DNA of 38,346 nt from a virus (Duplodnaviria; Heunggongvirae; Uroviricota; Caudoviricetes): positions 79,097 to 117,442 of the IMG/VR virus record IMGVR_UViG_3300042892_004166; one strand, given 5' to 3'. How positions within the stretch are numbered: the first letter of the stretch is position 1; each line of letters starts with the position of its first letter. Made by a program: the position numbers and the translations under genes. The notes below the pieces were generated by a model, which saw nothing but the letters and a program-made list of their open reading frames with translations, was not told the DNA's origin and did not search any database. Below are positions 15,777 to 26,672 of this stretch, piece by piece.

Positions 15777-16388
15777 ATGAAAAAGGTTAAATTATTTGAA
15801 GAGTACCAAATGAGCGATATGGTTCAAGAAATCCATAGAATTCATGAAGGCGAACTGAATGAAGAACAAATCAATCAACTTATAAATGAGGGTTTCTTTG
15901 ATTGGATTAAGGGTATTTTTTTAAATCCAATGAAAAAGAGAAAACTTCGACAATTAGCAGATAAATTGGTTGACGTTAGAGTTGAACTTGGAAAGTTAAA
16001 AATTGAACAAGACCAAATTGAGGAACTTCAAGCTGAAGCTGAAGCTTCAGCAGAAGAGGACCCATATACATATTCTGAAACATCACGTCCAAGTTCTTAT
16101 AGTAGCAGTAGTACTAATAGCGGTAGTGCAGCATTTCAACTTAAAGAGGATTCATTAACCGAACTAGAAAATGCAATCATTGATAACATGGATGCTATTG
16201 GACAGGAAAATGAAACTCTTCAAAAATACGTAAGTACTGTTAAACTTGATGCCAGAATGAAGTCCACTGAAAAACTTATTAAAATGGCAGATTCTGATAT
16301 TAAAAGAATCCTTGTAAAATCCTTAAAAAAGGATAAAAGCACAGTAGATTCCCTACAAAAAGAAATTAAATCTTCAATAGACTCTTAA
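15777..16388 (+). CDS. putative capsid-targeted coiled-coil protein (leader MKKVKLFEEY)
   Basis: Family leader; IHE|G, LNE and INE|G sites in the first 40 aa; helical body with a Ser-rich linker. Confidence 0.6.
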   Translation: MKKVKLFEEYQMSDMVQEIHRIHEGELNEEQINQLINEGFFDWIKGIFLNPMKKRKLRQLADKLVDVRVELGKLKIEQDQIEELQAEAEASAEEDPYTYSETSRPSSYSSSSTNSGSAAFQLKEDSLTELENAIIDNMDAIGQENETLQKYVSTVKLDARMKSTEKLIKMADSDIKRILVKSLKKDKSTVDSLQKEIKSSIDS

Positions 16389-16442
16389 CCCTTATAAGGA
16401 GTCCCTCCTGATTTACGAATATATAATAAAAAAGAAAAAATT

Positions 16443-16742
16443 ATGAATTTAGTATTTCAAGGTACCATTGATATTCCAGGCGGAACTCAAATAAATTGCG
16501 CCTACGATAGCATGATAATTTCTCTTCTAGTTATCAATAATATAACCGCGAGTTACAATCTTACAGTTAGCCGACTTGATACTGCTGCAGGGGCTATTGA
16601 AACGCTTCTTTACAAGTTTATCTTAAATGATGGAGATTCAGTTAGAGATGTTACTCAATATAAATTTGCAAAAGGTGATTATATTCACCTAGAATCTACA
16701 CAACCCAATACCACATACTACATATCAGCCGAAGTTTCATGA
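16443..16742 (+). CDS. small beta-rich protein, probable virion/fibre-associated
   Basis: AATATATA motif upstream (16418-16425); ATGA coupling to the giant collagen gene. Confidence 0.6.
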   Translation: MNLVFQGTIDIPGGTQINCAYDSMIISLLVINNITASYNLTVSRLDTAAGAIETLLYKFILNDGDSVRDVTQYKFAKGDYIHLESTQPNTTYYISAEVS

Positions 16743-19700
16743 ACATACAAAGACTAGATAAATATGGAAATTCCAGCACAGACCTAGGTCCGGTATTCGT
16801 CCATGACAAATATGGTTCACTAAAAAATCTAGGTGGAACTGTTGACACAGGACCTCAAGGTCCTCAAGGGCCAGCTAATGGTCCTCAGGGTTTCCAAGGT
16901 GCTCAAGGCTTCCAAGGAACTGGTGCTCAAGGATTTCAAGGTGCTCAAGGAATACAAGGTGCCCAAGGTAGACAAGGTGCTCAAGGTTTCCAAGGCGCCC
17001 AAGGTTTTCAAGGTGCCCAAGGTTTTCAAGGTGCCCAAGGAATACAAGGAGCCCAAGGATTTCAAGGTGCTCAAGGTTTCCAAGGCGCCCAGGGAATACA
17101 AGGAGCCCAAGGTTTCCAAGGTGCCCAAGGTTTTCAAGGTGCTCAGGGAATACAAGGAGCCCAAGGAATACAAGGTGCCCAGGGAATACAAGGAGCCCAA
17201 GGTTTCCAAGGTGCCCAAGGTTTTCAAGGTGCTCAGGGAATACAAGGAGCCCAAGGATTTCAAGGTGCTCAAGGATTTCAAGGCGCCCAGGGAATACAAG
17301 GAGCCCAAGGATTTCAAGGTGCTCAGGGAATACAAGGAGCCCAAGGAATACAAGGTTTTCAAGGTGCTCAAGGTTTTCAAGGAGCCCAAGGTTTCCAAGG
17401 TGCCCAAGGTTTTCAAGGTGCTCAGGGAATACAAGGTGCTCAAGGAATACAAGGTGCTCAAGGATTTCAAGGCGCCCAGGGAATACAAGGTGCCCAAGGT
17501 TTTCAAGGTGCTCAGGGAATACAAGGTTTTCAAGGAGCCCAAGGTTTTCAAGGAGCCCAAGGATTACAAGGTGCTCAGGGAATACAAGGAGCTCAGGGAA
17601 TACAAGGAGCCCAAGGTTTCCAAGGTGCTCAGGGAATACAAGGAGCCCAAGGTTTTCAAGGTTTTCAAGGTGCCCAAGGTTTTCAAGGTTTTCAAGGTGC
17701 CCAAGGTTTTCAAGGTGCCCAAGGTTTTCAAGGTGCCCAAGGTTTCCAAGGTGCTCAGGGAATACAAGGAGCCCAAGGATTTCAAGGTTTTCAAGGTGCC
17801 CAAGGTTTTCAAGGTGCCCAAGGATTTCAAGGTTTTCAAGGTGCCCAAGGTTTTCAAGGTGCCCAAGGAATACAAGGAGCCCAAGGATTTCAAGGTTTTC
17901 AAGGTGCCCAAGGTTTTCAAGGTGCCCAAGGTTTCCAAGGTGCTCAGGGAATACAAGGAGCTCAAGGTTTTCAAGGTGACCAAGGTCCATTAGGCGTTTC
18001 ATCCGGACAGATATACTATTTTAATCAATCAGTAACACAGACACCTTTAGAATATAAACAAATAGGTACATTACCAACCACTGGATCGGTTCAAACTATT
18101 ACAGTAACAACTACTGGAACAACTCCAGTATTAGTTCAAACATATATTACTGATGCAAGTGGATTAGGAGTTAATGTTATTCCACCAGGACCTCAAAAAT
18201 TTCATTTACATTTCTTAAAAGGAGCAACTGGTTTTAATACAGATACATTCTGTACTATACAACTAGCAGATAGTACCGGTACACCATACGCAGCAGCGCC
18301 AATATCAACAAATCAAGTACTTATAGGTTGGATTGAATCCACTATACCAGTTGAAAATTACGTAGATTTAGTAATACCTGCATCATATCAAATTGATCCT
18401 ACGGATAGAATGATTGTTAATGTCTATGTAGTCGATCAATCTTCAGGTAATCATCCTGTTACTTTTTATACAGAAGGTAGTCAATACTATTCTTATGTTG
18501 TAACATCATTAGGTATTGAAGGAACTCAAGGAGTACAAGGTTTCCAAGGTGCTCAAGGAATACAAGGTGCTCAAGGAATACAAGGAGCCCAAGGTTTTCA
18601 AGGTGCTCAAGGAATACAAGGAGCCCAAGGTTTCCAAGGTGTTCAAGGTTTTCAAGGTGCACAAGGTTTTCAAGGTGCTCAAGGTTTTCAAGGTGCTCAA
18701 GGAATACAAGGAGCACAAGGTTTTCAAGGTGCTCAAGGAATACAAGGTGCCCAAGGAATACAAGGTGCTCAGGGAATCCAAGGTGCTCAAGGAATCCAAG
18801 GTGCTCAAGGAATCCAAGGTGCTCAAGGAATCCAAGGTGCTCAAGGAATCCAAGGAGCTCAAGGAATACAAGGTGCCCAGGGAATACAAGGTGCTCAAGG
18901 TTTCCAAGGTGCCCAAGGAATACAAGGTGCCCAGGGAATACAAGGTGCTCAAGGAATCCAAGGTGCTCAAGGAATACAAGGTGCTCAAGGAATACAAGGT
19001 GCTCAAGGTTTCCAAGGTGCCCAAGGAATCCAAGGTGCCCAAGGTTTCCAAGGTGCCCAGGGAATACAAGGTGCCCAGGGAATACAAGGTGCCCAAGGAA
19101 TCCAAGGTGCCCAAGGTTTCCAAGGTGCTCAAGGTTTCCAAGGTGCCCAAGGTTTCCAAGGTGCTCAAGGAATACAAGGTGCTCAAGGAATACAAGGTGC
19201 TCAAGGAATACAAGGTGCCCAAGGAATCCAAGGTGCCCAAGGAATCCAAGGTTTCCAAGGTGCCCAAGGTTTCCAAGGTGCTCAAGGAGTACAAGGTTTC
19301 CAAGGTGCTCAAGGTTTCCAAGGTGCTCAAGGTTTCCAAGGTGCTCAAGGTGCCCAAGGAATACAAGGTGCTCAAGGTTTCCAAGGTGCTCAAGGTGCTC
19401 AAGGAATACAAGGTGCTCAAGGAATACAAGGTGCCCAAGGAATCCAAGGTGCCCAAGGAATACAAGGAGCCCAAGGTTTTCAAGGTGCTCAGGGAATACA
19501 AGGAGCCCAAGGTTTCCAAGGAGCCCAAGGTAGACAAGGTGCCCAAGGTTTTCAAGGTTTTCAAGGTGCTCAAGGCTTCCAAGGTGCTCAAGGAATACAA
19601 GGAGCCCAAGGTTTTCAAGGTGCTCAAGGAATACAAGGAGCTCAAGGCTTCCAAGGTGCTCAAGGAATACAAGGAGCCCAAGGTTTTCAAGGTGCCCAGG

Positions 19701-22700
19701 GAATACAAGGAGCCCAAGGTTTTCAAGGTGCCCAAGGAATACAAGGTGCCCAAGGTTTTCAAGGTTTTCAAGGTGCTCAAGGCTTCCAAGGTGCTCAGGG
19801 AATACAAGGAGCCCAAGGTTTTCAAGGTGCTCAAGGAATACAAGGAGCACAAGGTTTTCAAGGTGCTCAAGGTTTTCAAGGTGCTCAAGGAATACAAGGA
19901 GCACAAGGTAGACAAGGAGCACAAGGTTTTCAAGGTGCTCAAGGAATACAAGGTGCTCAAGGTTTCCAAGGTGCCCAAGGTTTTCAAGGTGCTCAAGGTT
20001 TTCAAGGAGCTCAAGGAATACAAGGAGCCCAAGGTTTTCAAGGTGCTCAGGGAATACAAGGAGCCCAAGGTTTTCAAGGTGCTCAGGGAATACAAGGAGC
20101 CCAAGGTTTTCAAGGTGCTCAGGGAATACAAGGAGCCCAAGGTTTCCAAGGTGCTCAAGGCTTCCAAGGAATTAGAGGAGTAGCAAATTGGACACCTGTT
20201 TTTAATGGTGGCACAGTATATGGTGCAAATTCAAATATATTTCATAAAGCAATAGGTAACGATGATATTTTTGATGCTGAAGTATATTCATTAGAGGGTT
20301 ATACTAGAGGATGTTATGTATCGGCTCAACCACAATCAAATCTTAATTATATACTATTTGGTTTAAGTGATAATCCTTCTGCATCGCCTAGTTTTCCAGG
20401 TATTAATTATGCATGGTATGTCACTGAATACAATAGTGTAGAAATCTATGAAAGTGGAGGTGTAATAGTTGCTTTAGGTGCATATACATCAGATACTATT
20501 TTACAAATAACATATGATGGTTATAATGTAAGATATTGGAAAGATGGTATTCTACAACGAACTGTTGCAAGGGCAATAGGTAACGCTCTATATTTTGATT
20601 CTACTTTCTTCCGTACAATATCATATACTAATGGTACACCTAATGGTTTAAAGAATGTTGTTTTTGGACCAATGGGAGAACAAGGACCACAAGGAGCCCA
20701 AGGTTTCCAAGGTTTTCAAGGTGCTCAAGGAATACAAGGAGCCCAAGGTTTCCAAGGAGCCCAAGGAATACAAGGAGCCCAAGGTTTTCAAGGTGCCCAA
20801 GGTAGACAAGGAGCCCAAGGTTTCCAAGGTGCTCAGGGAATACAAGGTTTCCAAGGTGCCCAAGGAATACAAGGAGCCCAAGGAATACAAGGAGCCCAAG
20901 GTTTCCAAGGTGCTCAAGGTTTCCAAGGAGCTCAAGGTTTCCAAGGTGCTCAAGGAATACAAGGTGCCCAAGGTTTTCAAGGTGCTCAGGGAATACAAGG
21001 TGCTCAGGGAATACAAGGAGCCCAAGGTTTCCAAGGTTTTCAAGGTGCTCAAGGAATACAAGGAGCCCAAGGTTTCCAAGGTGTTCAAGGTTTTCAAGGT
21101 GCTCAGGGAATACAAGGAGCCCAAGGTTTTCAAGGTGCCCAAGGATTTCAAGGTGCTCAGGGAATACAAGGAGCCCAAGGAATACAAGGAGCCCAAGGTT
21201 TCCAAGGTGCCCAAGGAATACAAGGTGCTCAAGGTTTCCAAGGTGCCCAAGGTTTCCAAGGTGCCCAAGGAATACAAGGAGCCCAAGGTTTCCAAGGTGC
21301 CCAAGGTTTCCAAGGAGCTCAAGGTAGACAAGGAGCCCAAGGTTTCCAAGGAGCCCAAGGAATACAAGGAGCCCAGGGTTTTCAAGGTTTCCAAGGAGCC
21401 CAAGGAATACAAGGTGCTCAAGGTTTCCAAGGTGCCCAAGGTTTCCAAGGAGCTCAAGGTAGACAAGGAGCCCAAGGTTTCCAAGGTGCTCAAGGTTTCC
21501 AAGGAGCCCAAGGTTTCCAAGGCGCTCAAGGTTTCCAAGGACCTGGATTTACAACAATAACAAACCCATCAGATAATAGAGTTTTAACTTCAGATGGTGG
21601 TACAAATACTGCTAATGCTGAAGCTAATTTAACATTTAATGGAACTGACCTAGTTAATGGAGCTGGTTCTATTATAGCACTTGGAATTGATAATTTTAAA
21701 CAAAACGGAACATTAACAAATAAGGTAATAACAAGTGATACGACACAAGTAGCTCAAACACCAATATCACCTTATTTATGGCATGACTTATTTGCATTTT
21801 CTAGGTTTTCACCAACATTTTCAACTTCATCTAATAATGTAACATATAATGCAGCAACGCTTAATAAAGAAGTATTTGCGCAAAAAGAAAATCAAACAAT
21901 CGAAGTTGCTGATGGAGTTACAGTAACTTCTGTAAGATGGAATTGGACAGGAATGGAGTGGTCAATAGGAGAATGGTTAGTTATTGGTTCAACTTATACA
22001 GCTACAGCACCAATAAAAAATGTTGTATATGAAACTTCTGCAGATAATATAAATTGGATAGTAAGACATACTTCGACAAATAATCATAATGCAATCGCTG
22101 CGTGGTTTTATGTTAATTGGTATGGCGGAGATGCATATTCTCGTTTAACACTTACAGCTACAACTCCGGCTCCAATTCGGATTTCGTCAATTAAACTTTT
22201 AAGTGCAAGATGGGGTGATCAAGGACTAGGTAGCGAAATTGAAAAACCGTTTACTTGGGATGGTGACAAAAACATTACAACAGGAGCAAAACTTAAAATT
22301 ACAACTGTTCCAGCCGGAACAACAACCGATATTCTTGTAAAAGAAAGTGATGGGACTGTTGGTTTTAGGAGTAGTATTGCACTCGGAGGAGCCCAAGGTT
22401 TCCAAGGTGCTCAAGGTTTCCAAGGTGCTCAAGGAATACAAGGTGCTCAAGGTTTCCAAGGTGCTCAGGGAATACAAGGAGCCCAAGGTTTCCAAGGTTT
22501 TAGAGGTTCATCAAATTGGACACCATTATTCAATGGCGGAGTAACTTATGCAGAAAATTCAAATACTTTCTATAAAGCAACAGGTAATGATGCTCAATGG
22601 GATGGACAAGTATATTCTTTAGAAGGATATACTAGAGGAGCTTATGTATCAACTCAATTAAGTAATACTGGTGAACAACTTATGGTTGGATTAAATAGCG

Positions 22701-23830
22701 ATCCAACAGCCAATAGTAGTTATACTAGTATCGATTATTGTTGGTACTGCGCAGCAGGTGATCTTTATATAATTGAAAATGGAAGTGTCACTGTTGATAT
22801 TAATGGAGATGCAATAACTTATGGAGGAACTTTCGCAAATACCGTATTAAGTATAACATATGATGGTTATAATATAAGATATTGGAAAGATGGAGTAGTA
22901 CAAAGAACTGTATCAAGAGTAATTGGAGCTCCATTGTATCTTGATTCTAGTCTTTATTACGTATCATCAACCAAAAAGTTAATAAATTTGGTTTTTGGAC
23001 CGATGGGAGAAAAAGGGACAATTGGTAAAGGAAATTTGCCAGTGCCATCAATTAAGTTAGGTGATCCTATAGTAATTAATTCCATTAATATGGTAACTAA
23101 TTCCGCCGGAAGCGTATTAACATTAGATTCTGCACCATACGCAATTACACAAGATTTGTCATCGGAAGTATTTAATGTATATGATAATATATATATAGAA
23201 ATGGTTCTTTATAGAAAGAAAAATAAGAAACCAAATTATCGTCCAGGTGGAGGTTATATAGTACCGGCGCCATGGTACCCTAATGGAAGTTTTCCATATC
23301 CTGCATGGGGAAATAACTATTGGAACCGATCTGGAAATCATCAGAATAATATCACAACCGGGTTTATAGGAGTTGATAGACCTAATCATTTTGAAGTAAC
23401 AGGTCATAACCAATATATAAATTTAGCTCCGATGATTTCAGGAAGATGGCAAGAGTTTTTAGTAAAGTATCGTGATCAATCAGGACAGGACGCTGACTAT
23501 TATACTTATGTACCATCGGCAAATAAGCGTTCCCAGAAGAATCTGCCTACATCTAGATTTGCATATTCTCCAGTTTATATTCCTATGTATGTTGCATTTA
23601 GATATGTTGCTTGGGATGGAAATGCAGGTCCAATTAATCCTGTCACGGGTTTACATTATGGTGAAATTGTTTCCGGACCATTAAGTAGAGTTATTAAAAT
23701 TATACATCATAAAGCGCCTTTCATGTTAGATTATGCCGCAAGTGCATTATATGGTAATCCATGTGCATTTATTAATCCGCTACATGTGCCAACTGTATTA
23801 AAATGTATGTTTGAAACTCACTTACCATAA
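16739..23830 (+). CDS. giant collagen-like fibre protein (2363 aa) with four Gly-X-Gln runs and lectin-like knob domains
   Basis: About 1270 aa of (G-F/I-Q-G-A-Q)n; two copies of the NWTP.F.GG...TYDGYN.RYWKDG...VFGPMGE module; additional unique globular domains. Confidence 0.85.
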   Translation: MNIQRLDKYGNSSTDLGPVFVHDKYGSLKNLGGTVDTGPQGPQGPANGPQGFQGAQGFQGTGAQGFQGAQGIQGAQGRQGAQGFQGAQGFQGAQGFQGAQGIQGAQGFQGAQGFQGAQGIQGAQGFQGAQGFQGAQGIQGAQGIQGAQGIQGAQGFQGAQGFQGAQGIQGAQGFQGAQGFQGAQGIQGAQGFQGAQGIQGAQGIQGFQGAQGFQGAQGFQGAQGFQGAQGIQGAQGIQGAQGFQGAQGIQGAQGFQGAQGIQGFQGAQGFQGAQGLQGAQGIQGAQGIQGAQGFQGAQGIQGAQGFQGFQGAQGFQGFQGAQGFQGAQGFQGAQGFQGAQGIQGAQGFQGFQGAQGFQGAQGFQGFQGAQGFQGAQGIQGAQGFQGFQGAQGFQGAQGFQGAQGIQGAQGFQGDQGPLGVSSGQIYYFNQSVTQTPLEYKQIGTLPTTGSVQTITVTTTGTTPVLVQTYITDASGLGVNVIPPGPQKFHLHFLKGATGFNTDTFCTIQLADSTGTPYAAAPISTNQVLIGWIESTIPVENYVDLVIPASYQIDPTDRMIVNVYVVDQSSGNHPVTFYTEGSQYYSYVVTSLGIEGTQGVQGFQGAQGIQGAQGIQGAQGFQGAQGIQGAQGFQGVQGFQGAQGFQGAQGFQGAQGIQGAQGFQGAQGIQGAQGIQGAQGIQGAQGIQGAQGIQGAQGIQGAQGIQGAQGIQGAQGIQGAQGFQGAQGIQGAQGIQGAQGIQGAQGIQGAQGIQGAQGFQGAQGIQGAQGFQGAQGIQGAQGIQGAQGIQGAQGFQGAQGFQGAQGFQGAQGIQGAQGIQGAQGIQGAQGIQGAQGIQGFQGAQGFQGAQGVQGFQGAQGFQGAQGFQGAQGAQGIQGAQGFQGAQGAQGIQGAQGIQGAQGIQGAQGIQGAQGFQGAQGIQGAQGFQGAQGRQGAQGFQGFQGAQGFQGAQGIQGAQGFQGAQGIQGAQGFQGAQGIQGAQGFQGAQGIQGAQGFQGAQGIQGAQGFQGFQGAQGFQGAQGIQGAQGFQGAQGIQGAQGFQGAQGFQGAQGIQGAQGRQGAQGFQGAQGIQGAQGFQGAQGFQGAQGFQGAQGIQGAQGFQGAQGIQGAQGFQGAQGIQGAQGFQGAQGIQGAQGFQGAQGFQGIRGVANWTPVFNGGTVYGANSNIFHKAIGNDDIFDAEVYSLEGYTRGCYVSAQPQSNLNYILFGLSDNPSASPSFPGINYAWYVTEYNSVEIYESGGVIVALGAYTSDTILQITYDGYNVRYWKDGILQRTVARAIGNALYFDSTFFRTISYTNGTPNGLKNVVFGPMGEQGPQGAQGFQGFQGAQGIQGAQGFQGAQGIQGAQGFQGAQGRQGAQGFQGAQGIQGFQGAQGIQGAQGIQGAQGFQGAQGFQGAQGFQGAQGIQGAQGFQGAQGIQGAQGIQGAQGFQGFQGAQGIQGAQGFQGVQGFQGAQGIQGAQGFQGAQGFQGAQGIQGAQGIQGAQGFQGAQGIQGAQGFQGAQGFQGAQGIQGAQGFQGAQGFQGAQGRQGAQGFQGAQGIQGAQGFQGFQGAQGIQGAQGFQGAQGFQGAQGRQGAQGFQGAQGFQGAQGFQGAQGFQGPGFTTITNPSDNRVLTSDGGTNTANAEANLTFNGTDLVNGAGSIIALGIDNFKQNGTLTNKVITSDTTQVAQTPISPYLWHDLFAFSRFSPTFSTSSNNVTYNAATLNKEVFAQKENQTIEVADGVTVTSVRWNWTGMEWSIGEWLVIGSTYTATAPIKNVVYETSADNINWIVRHTSTNNHNAIAAWFYVNWYGGDAYSRLTLTATTPAPIRISSIKLLSARWGDQGLGSEIEKPFTWDGDKNITTGAKLKITTVPAGTTTDILVKESDGTVGFRSSIALGGAQGFQGAQGFQGAQGIQGAQGFQGAQGIQGAQGFQGFRGSSNWTPLFNGGVTYAENSNTFYKATGNDAQWDGQVYSLEGYTRGAYVSTQLSNTGEQLMVGLNSDPTANSSYTSIDYCWYCAAGDLYIIENGSVTVDINGDAITYGGTFANTVLSITYDGYNIRYWKDGVVQRTVSRVIGAPLYLDSSLYYVSSTKKLINLVFGPMGEKGTIGKGNLPVPSIKLGDPIVINSINMVTNSAGSVLTLDSAPYAITQDLSSEVFNVYDNIYIEMVLYRKKNKKPNYRPGGGYIVPAPWYPNGSFPYPAWGNNYWNRSGNHQNNITTGFIGVDRPNHFEVTGHNQYINLAPMISGRWQEFLVKYRDQSGQDADYYTYVPSANKRSQKNLPTSRFAYSPVYIPMYVAFRYVAWDGNAGPINPVTGLHYGEIVSGPLSRVIKIIHHKAPFMLDYAASALYGNPCAFINPLHVPTVLKCMFETHLP
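16850..17995 (+). repeat. collagen-coding 9/18-nt tandem repeat, run 1 (~127 triplets)
   Basis: (GGN TTY/ATH CAA GGN GCN CAR)n. Confidence 0.95.
18512..20179 (+). repeat. collagen-coding tandem repeat, run 2 (~185 triplets)
   Basis: Same unit, apparently uninterrupted Gly periodicity. Confidence 0.95.
20666..21547 (+). repeat. collagen-coding tandem repeat, run 3 (~98 triplets)
   Basis: Same unit. Confidence 0.95.
22388..22507 (+). repeat. collagen-coding tandem repeat, run 4 (~13 triplets)
   Basis: Same unit. Confidence 0.9.
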
Positions 23831-23837
23831 TATAAGT

Positions 23838-23941
23838 CGGAGGATAGGGAGGTAGAAGTCCGTTCTTGTTCCTTTGGGAACATAGTTGTTCGTAACTGTT
23901 CCTTCGGGAAAAATGATGTTCGTATCCCTCCCTATCCTCCG
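23838..23941 (+). ncRNA. multibranch structured RNA-like element (15-bp closing stem, 4-5 small hairpins, three UUCG loops)
   Basis: CGGAGGATAGGGAGG / CCTCCCTATCCTCCG perfect inverted repeat enclosing TGTTCC-TTTG-GGAACA, AGTTG-TTCG-TAACT, TTCC-TTCG-GGAA and GATG-TTCG-TATC, plus a weaker AGAA-GTCCG-TTCT. Followed by GTCTTTTT. Independent ncRNA versus cis element is unresolved. Confidence 0.65.
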
Positions 23942-23969
23942 GTCTTTTTAAAAATAATAAAAATAAACA

Positions 23970-26672
23970 ATGGCACATTACCCATACGTCGGATTAACAC
24001 AAGGTTTTCAAGGATATCAAGGATATCAAGGATATCAAGGATATCAAGGAGTACGAGGTTTCCAAGGTTTCCAAGGAGTACGAGGTTTCCAAGGTTTCCA
24101 AGGAGTACAAGGTTTCCAAGGGTTTAGAGGTACTTCAAATTGGACGCCATTATTTAGCGGTGGTGTTACTTACGGTGAAAATTCAAATGCTTTTTATAAA
24201 GCAGCAGGTAATGCCGGTCAATGGGATGGACAAGTATATTCTGCGGAAGGATATGCTAGAGGATGTTATATGTCAACTCAATTAACAACTACTATAGGAC
24301 TTGCTTTAATGGTTGGATTAAATAGTGATCCAACACTTAATTCTTCATACACATCTATTGATTATGCATGGTTTATAAATGAAAACATTTTGTATATCTA
24401 TGAAAGTAATGTATTCATTAATCCATCTTCTACATTTACAACAGATACTATAGTATCAATTACATACGATGGTTATAATATAAGATATTTGAAAGATGGT
24501 GTAACTATAAGAATTGTACCAAGAGCAATTGGAGCTCCATTGTATCTTGATTCTAGTTTTGCTAATGTATCATCGATAAATGGACTAAAGAATTGTGTTT
24601 TTGGACCTATGGGAGAACAAGGTGCGCCAAGTGTATCAACTCTAGCTCCTATTCCTTCGGTAGCAACGGCATCTAATGCAACTGGTGCTACATTAATAAG
24701 TGGTACTTTAACCTTGCAACCAGCTACAACCGCTTTTGGAGGAGTAATTACAATAAATAACCAACAATTTTCAGGACTAAAAAACTTTACGGATAATATT
24801 ATAGTAAATACAATTACTATATGGAGAGGTGGTAATAATGCCGCTACTAATATAGGAATTGGTTTAAATACATTACTCGATAACACGGGAAATCAAAATA
24901 CAGTACTCGGATATCAAGCAGTATCTCAAACACCAACTGGAAGTAGTTTCACTACAGCTATTGGGCATCAATCTTTAAAGATTGTTACAGGAAATAACAA
25001 TACTGCCATTGGAAATTTATCAGGCTCGCTTATTATAAGTGGGTCTCAAAACACTTTTATTGGTTCAGAGGCAGGAGGTATTGTTGGGCAGTTAGCTAAT
25101 GTTACTAATAGTGTAGCTATAGGATACCAGGCAATTACAACTAAAAATAATCAAATTGTTTTAGGTACTTCAAGTACCGTTGAAACTGTATTACATGGAA
25201 GTATTAAATTAGATACAGGCCATTATTTTAGAAGAATAGTACTTCCTTACCCTGGAATTGGAAACGATGCCGGAAGTGGTAGATGGTTTGTAAGATTATA
25301 CAATACTTCGGCTGGCGCCGCTTTTGCAGGAGGTAGAATCCGAGTAGGAGGTGATTGGAACTGGGCACCTATTATGGGAGTTCTTGAAATAGAATTCGGT
25401 ATTTATACATCACTCGGCGCAACTTCAATAAATTCAGGACAAACGCGACTATCCGCAGCAGTAGCGTCAGCTGCGGATTACTTAAGAATAGGTAATATAG
25501 AGGTAGTAGGAGGTTGGGTAGGAGTATATATATGGGCTTCAAATTCAAGTACTCCATATGTTTTATTTGATATGTATTCAACAGTTGTACCAAGTTTTAC
25601 ATCAATTGCATGGGCAGCAAATCCCTTACCTGCGAAGAGAAGTACAGAAATTATTGGAGATATTTCCGCAACAACCTTTATAGGAGCCTTAACAGGTACA
25701 GCAACTAATGCAACTAATGCAGATACTGTTGATAATTACCATGCATCTACATCAACATTAGGAAATTATATTGTTGTAAGAGATGGTAATGGATATATTA
25801 ATGGTAACTATATAAATATGTCTGATGATGGCAATCCAGGAAGTGGAACATCAATTAGTTCATTTATTACTAAACAAGGAGATAATTATTATCGTTCAGT
25901 ATCTCCTACAAATGCGATGATTTCTATAAAAAGCGTTGCATCAGGAGATTGGGGTATTAATATTACAGGAAACTCTGCTACGGCTACAACTTCGGGACTA
26001 CTAACTGGAGAGGATAATAGGACAATTTCACCAAGTGAATCAACAGCAAACAGACTTAAGTTTGGATTCACTTCTTGGGCAAACAATAATACTGGACCTT
26101 ATGCAGATTTCATACATCTGAGATCATATCAAGACTCTTCAGGAGGAAATGATAACCTAGTAATGTTCAGAAAAGATGCAATAGGAATGCGTATCTGGCA
26201 ACAGACATGGGGATCTGCAACAGCATATTCTTCATTTAAAGATGTAGCATTTACAGGAGTAGGAACAGCTAATTATTTATCAAAATACACAGATGGATAT
26301 AGTTTAGCAAATAGTCAAATTTACGATAATGGGACAGGTGTAGGTATAGGAAATACAAACCCAAATGGATACAAACTAAATGTAACTGGAGCAGGGTACT
26401 TTTCAACAAATGTTACATCTCCTGGATTCTTTAATACATCTGATGCTAGGTTAAAAGATATTATTGAAAGAGATGGAGATACTATTAAATTTACCTGGAA
26501 GGATGGACGAGATACTAAGATACATATAGGATATGTTGCACAAGAAGTTCAAGAAACATATCCTGACCAGGTTAATAAAGGTGATGATGGAATGCTTACA
26601 ATAAATTACATTGAAGTCCTGGTTGCAAAGATACAAGAATTGGAGAACAGAATAAAACAATTAGAGAAATAA
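23970..26672 (+). CDS. tail fibre/spike with short collagen run, lectin-like knob, beta-helix/adhesin repeats and C-terminal Peptidase_S74 intramolecular chaperone
   Basis: Third NWTP..VFGPMGE module; N.AIG..SL repeats (NTVLGYQA, TTAIGHQSL, NTAIGNLSG, NTFIGSEAG); C-terminus TSDARLKD...GYVAQEVQ..YPD.V...INYIE...IQELE. Confidence 0.85.
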   Translation: MAHYPYVGLTQGFQGYQGYQGYQGYQGVRGFQGFQGVRGFQGFQGVQGFQGFRGTSNWTPLFSGGVTYGENSNAFYKAAGNAGQWDGQVYSAEGYARGCYMSTQLTTTIGLALMVGLNSDPTLNSSYTSIDYAWFINENILYIYESNVFINPSSTFTTDTIVSITYDGYNIRYLKDGVTIRIVPRAIGAPLYLDSSFANVSSINGLKNCVFGPMGEQGAPSVSTLAPIPSVATASNATGATLISGTLTLQPATTAFGGVITINNQQFSGLKNFTDNIIVNTITIWRGGNNAATNIGIGLNTLLDNTGNQNTVLGYQAVSQTPTGSSFTTAIGHQSLKIVTGNNNTAIGNLSGSLIISGSQNTFIGSEAGGIVGQLANVTNSVAIGYQAITTKNNQIVLGTSSTVETVLHGSIKLDTGHYFRRIVLPYPGIGNDAGSGRWFVRLYNTSAGAAFAGGRIRVGGDWNWAPIMGVLEIEFGIYTSLGATSINSGQTRLSAAVASAADYLRIGNIEVVGGWVGVYIWASNSSTPYVLFDMYSTVVPSFTSIAWAANPLPAKRSTEIIGDISATTFIGALTGTATNATNADTVDNYHASTSTLGNYIVVRDGNGYINGNYINMSDDGNPGSGTSISSFITKQGDNYYRSVSPTNAMISIKSVASGDWGINITGNSATATTSGLLTGEDNRTISPSESTANRLKFGFTSWANNNTGPYADFIHLRSYQDSSGGNDNLVMFRKDAIGMRIWQQTWGSATAYSSFKDVAFTGVGTANYLSKYTDGYSLANSQIYDNGTGVGIGNTNPNGYKLNVTGAGYFSTNVTSPGFFNTSDARLKDIIERDGDTIKFTWKDGRDTKIHIGYVAQEVQETYPDQVNKGDDGMLTINYIEVLVAKIQELENRIKQLEK

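Noticed and set aside
16850-22507. Possible CRISPR array or DGR template/variable repeats
   Set aside because: The repeats are contiguous coding units without unique spacers; no cas or reverse transcriptase gene and no adenine-specific mismatch pattern was seen.
16829-22544. Long alternative-frame and antisense ORFs ([10 protein letters not shown]..., LGTLETLS..., LEHLGNL...) over the collagen gene
   Set aside because: They are shadows of the GGN-NNN-CAA repeat, which lacks stops in most frames; they begin and end with the repeat runs.
23828-23970. Stop-codon readthrough or frameshift fusing the two collagen genes, suggested by a strong structure 7 nt after TAA
   Set aside because: The readthrough frame stays open through the element but is out of frame with the 23970 gene, whose own frame has a TAA at 23964-23966; no slippery site was found.
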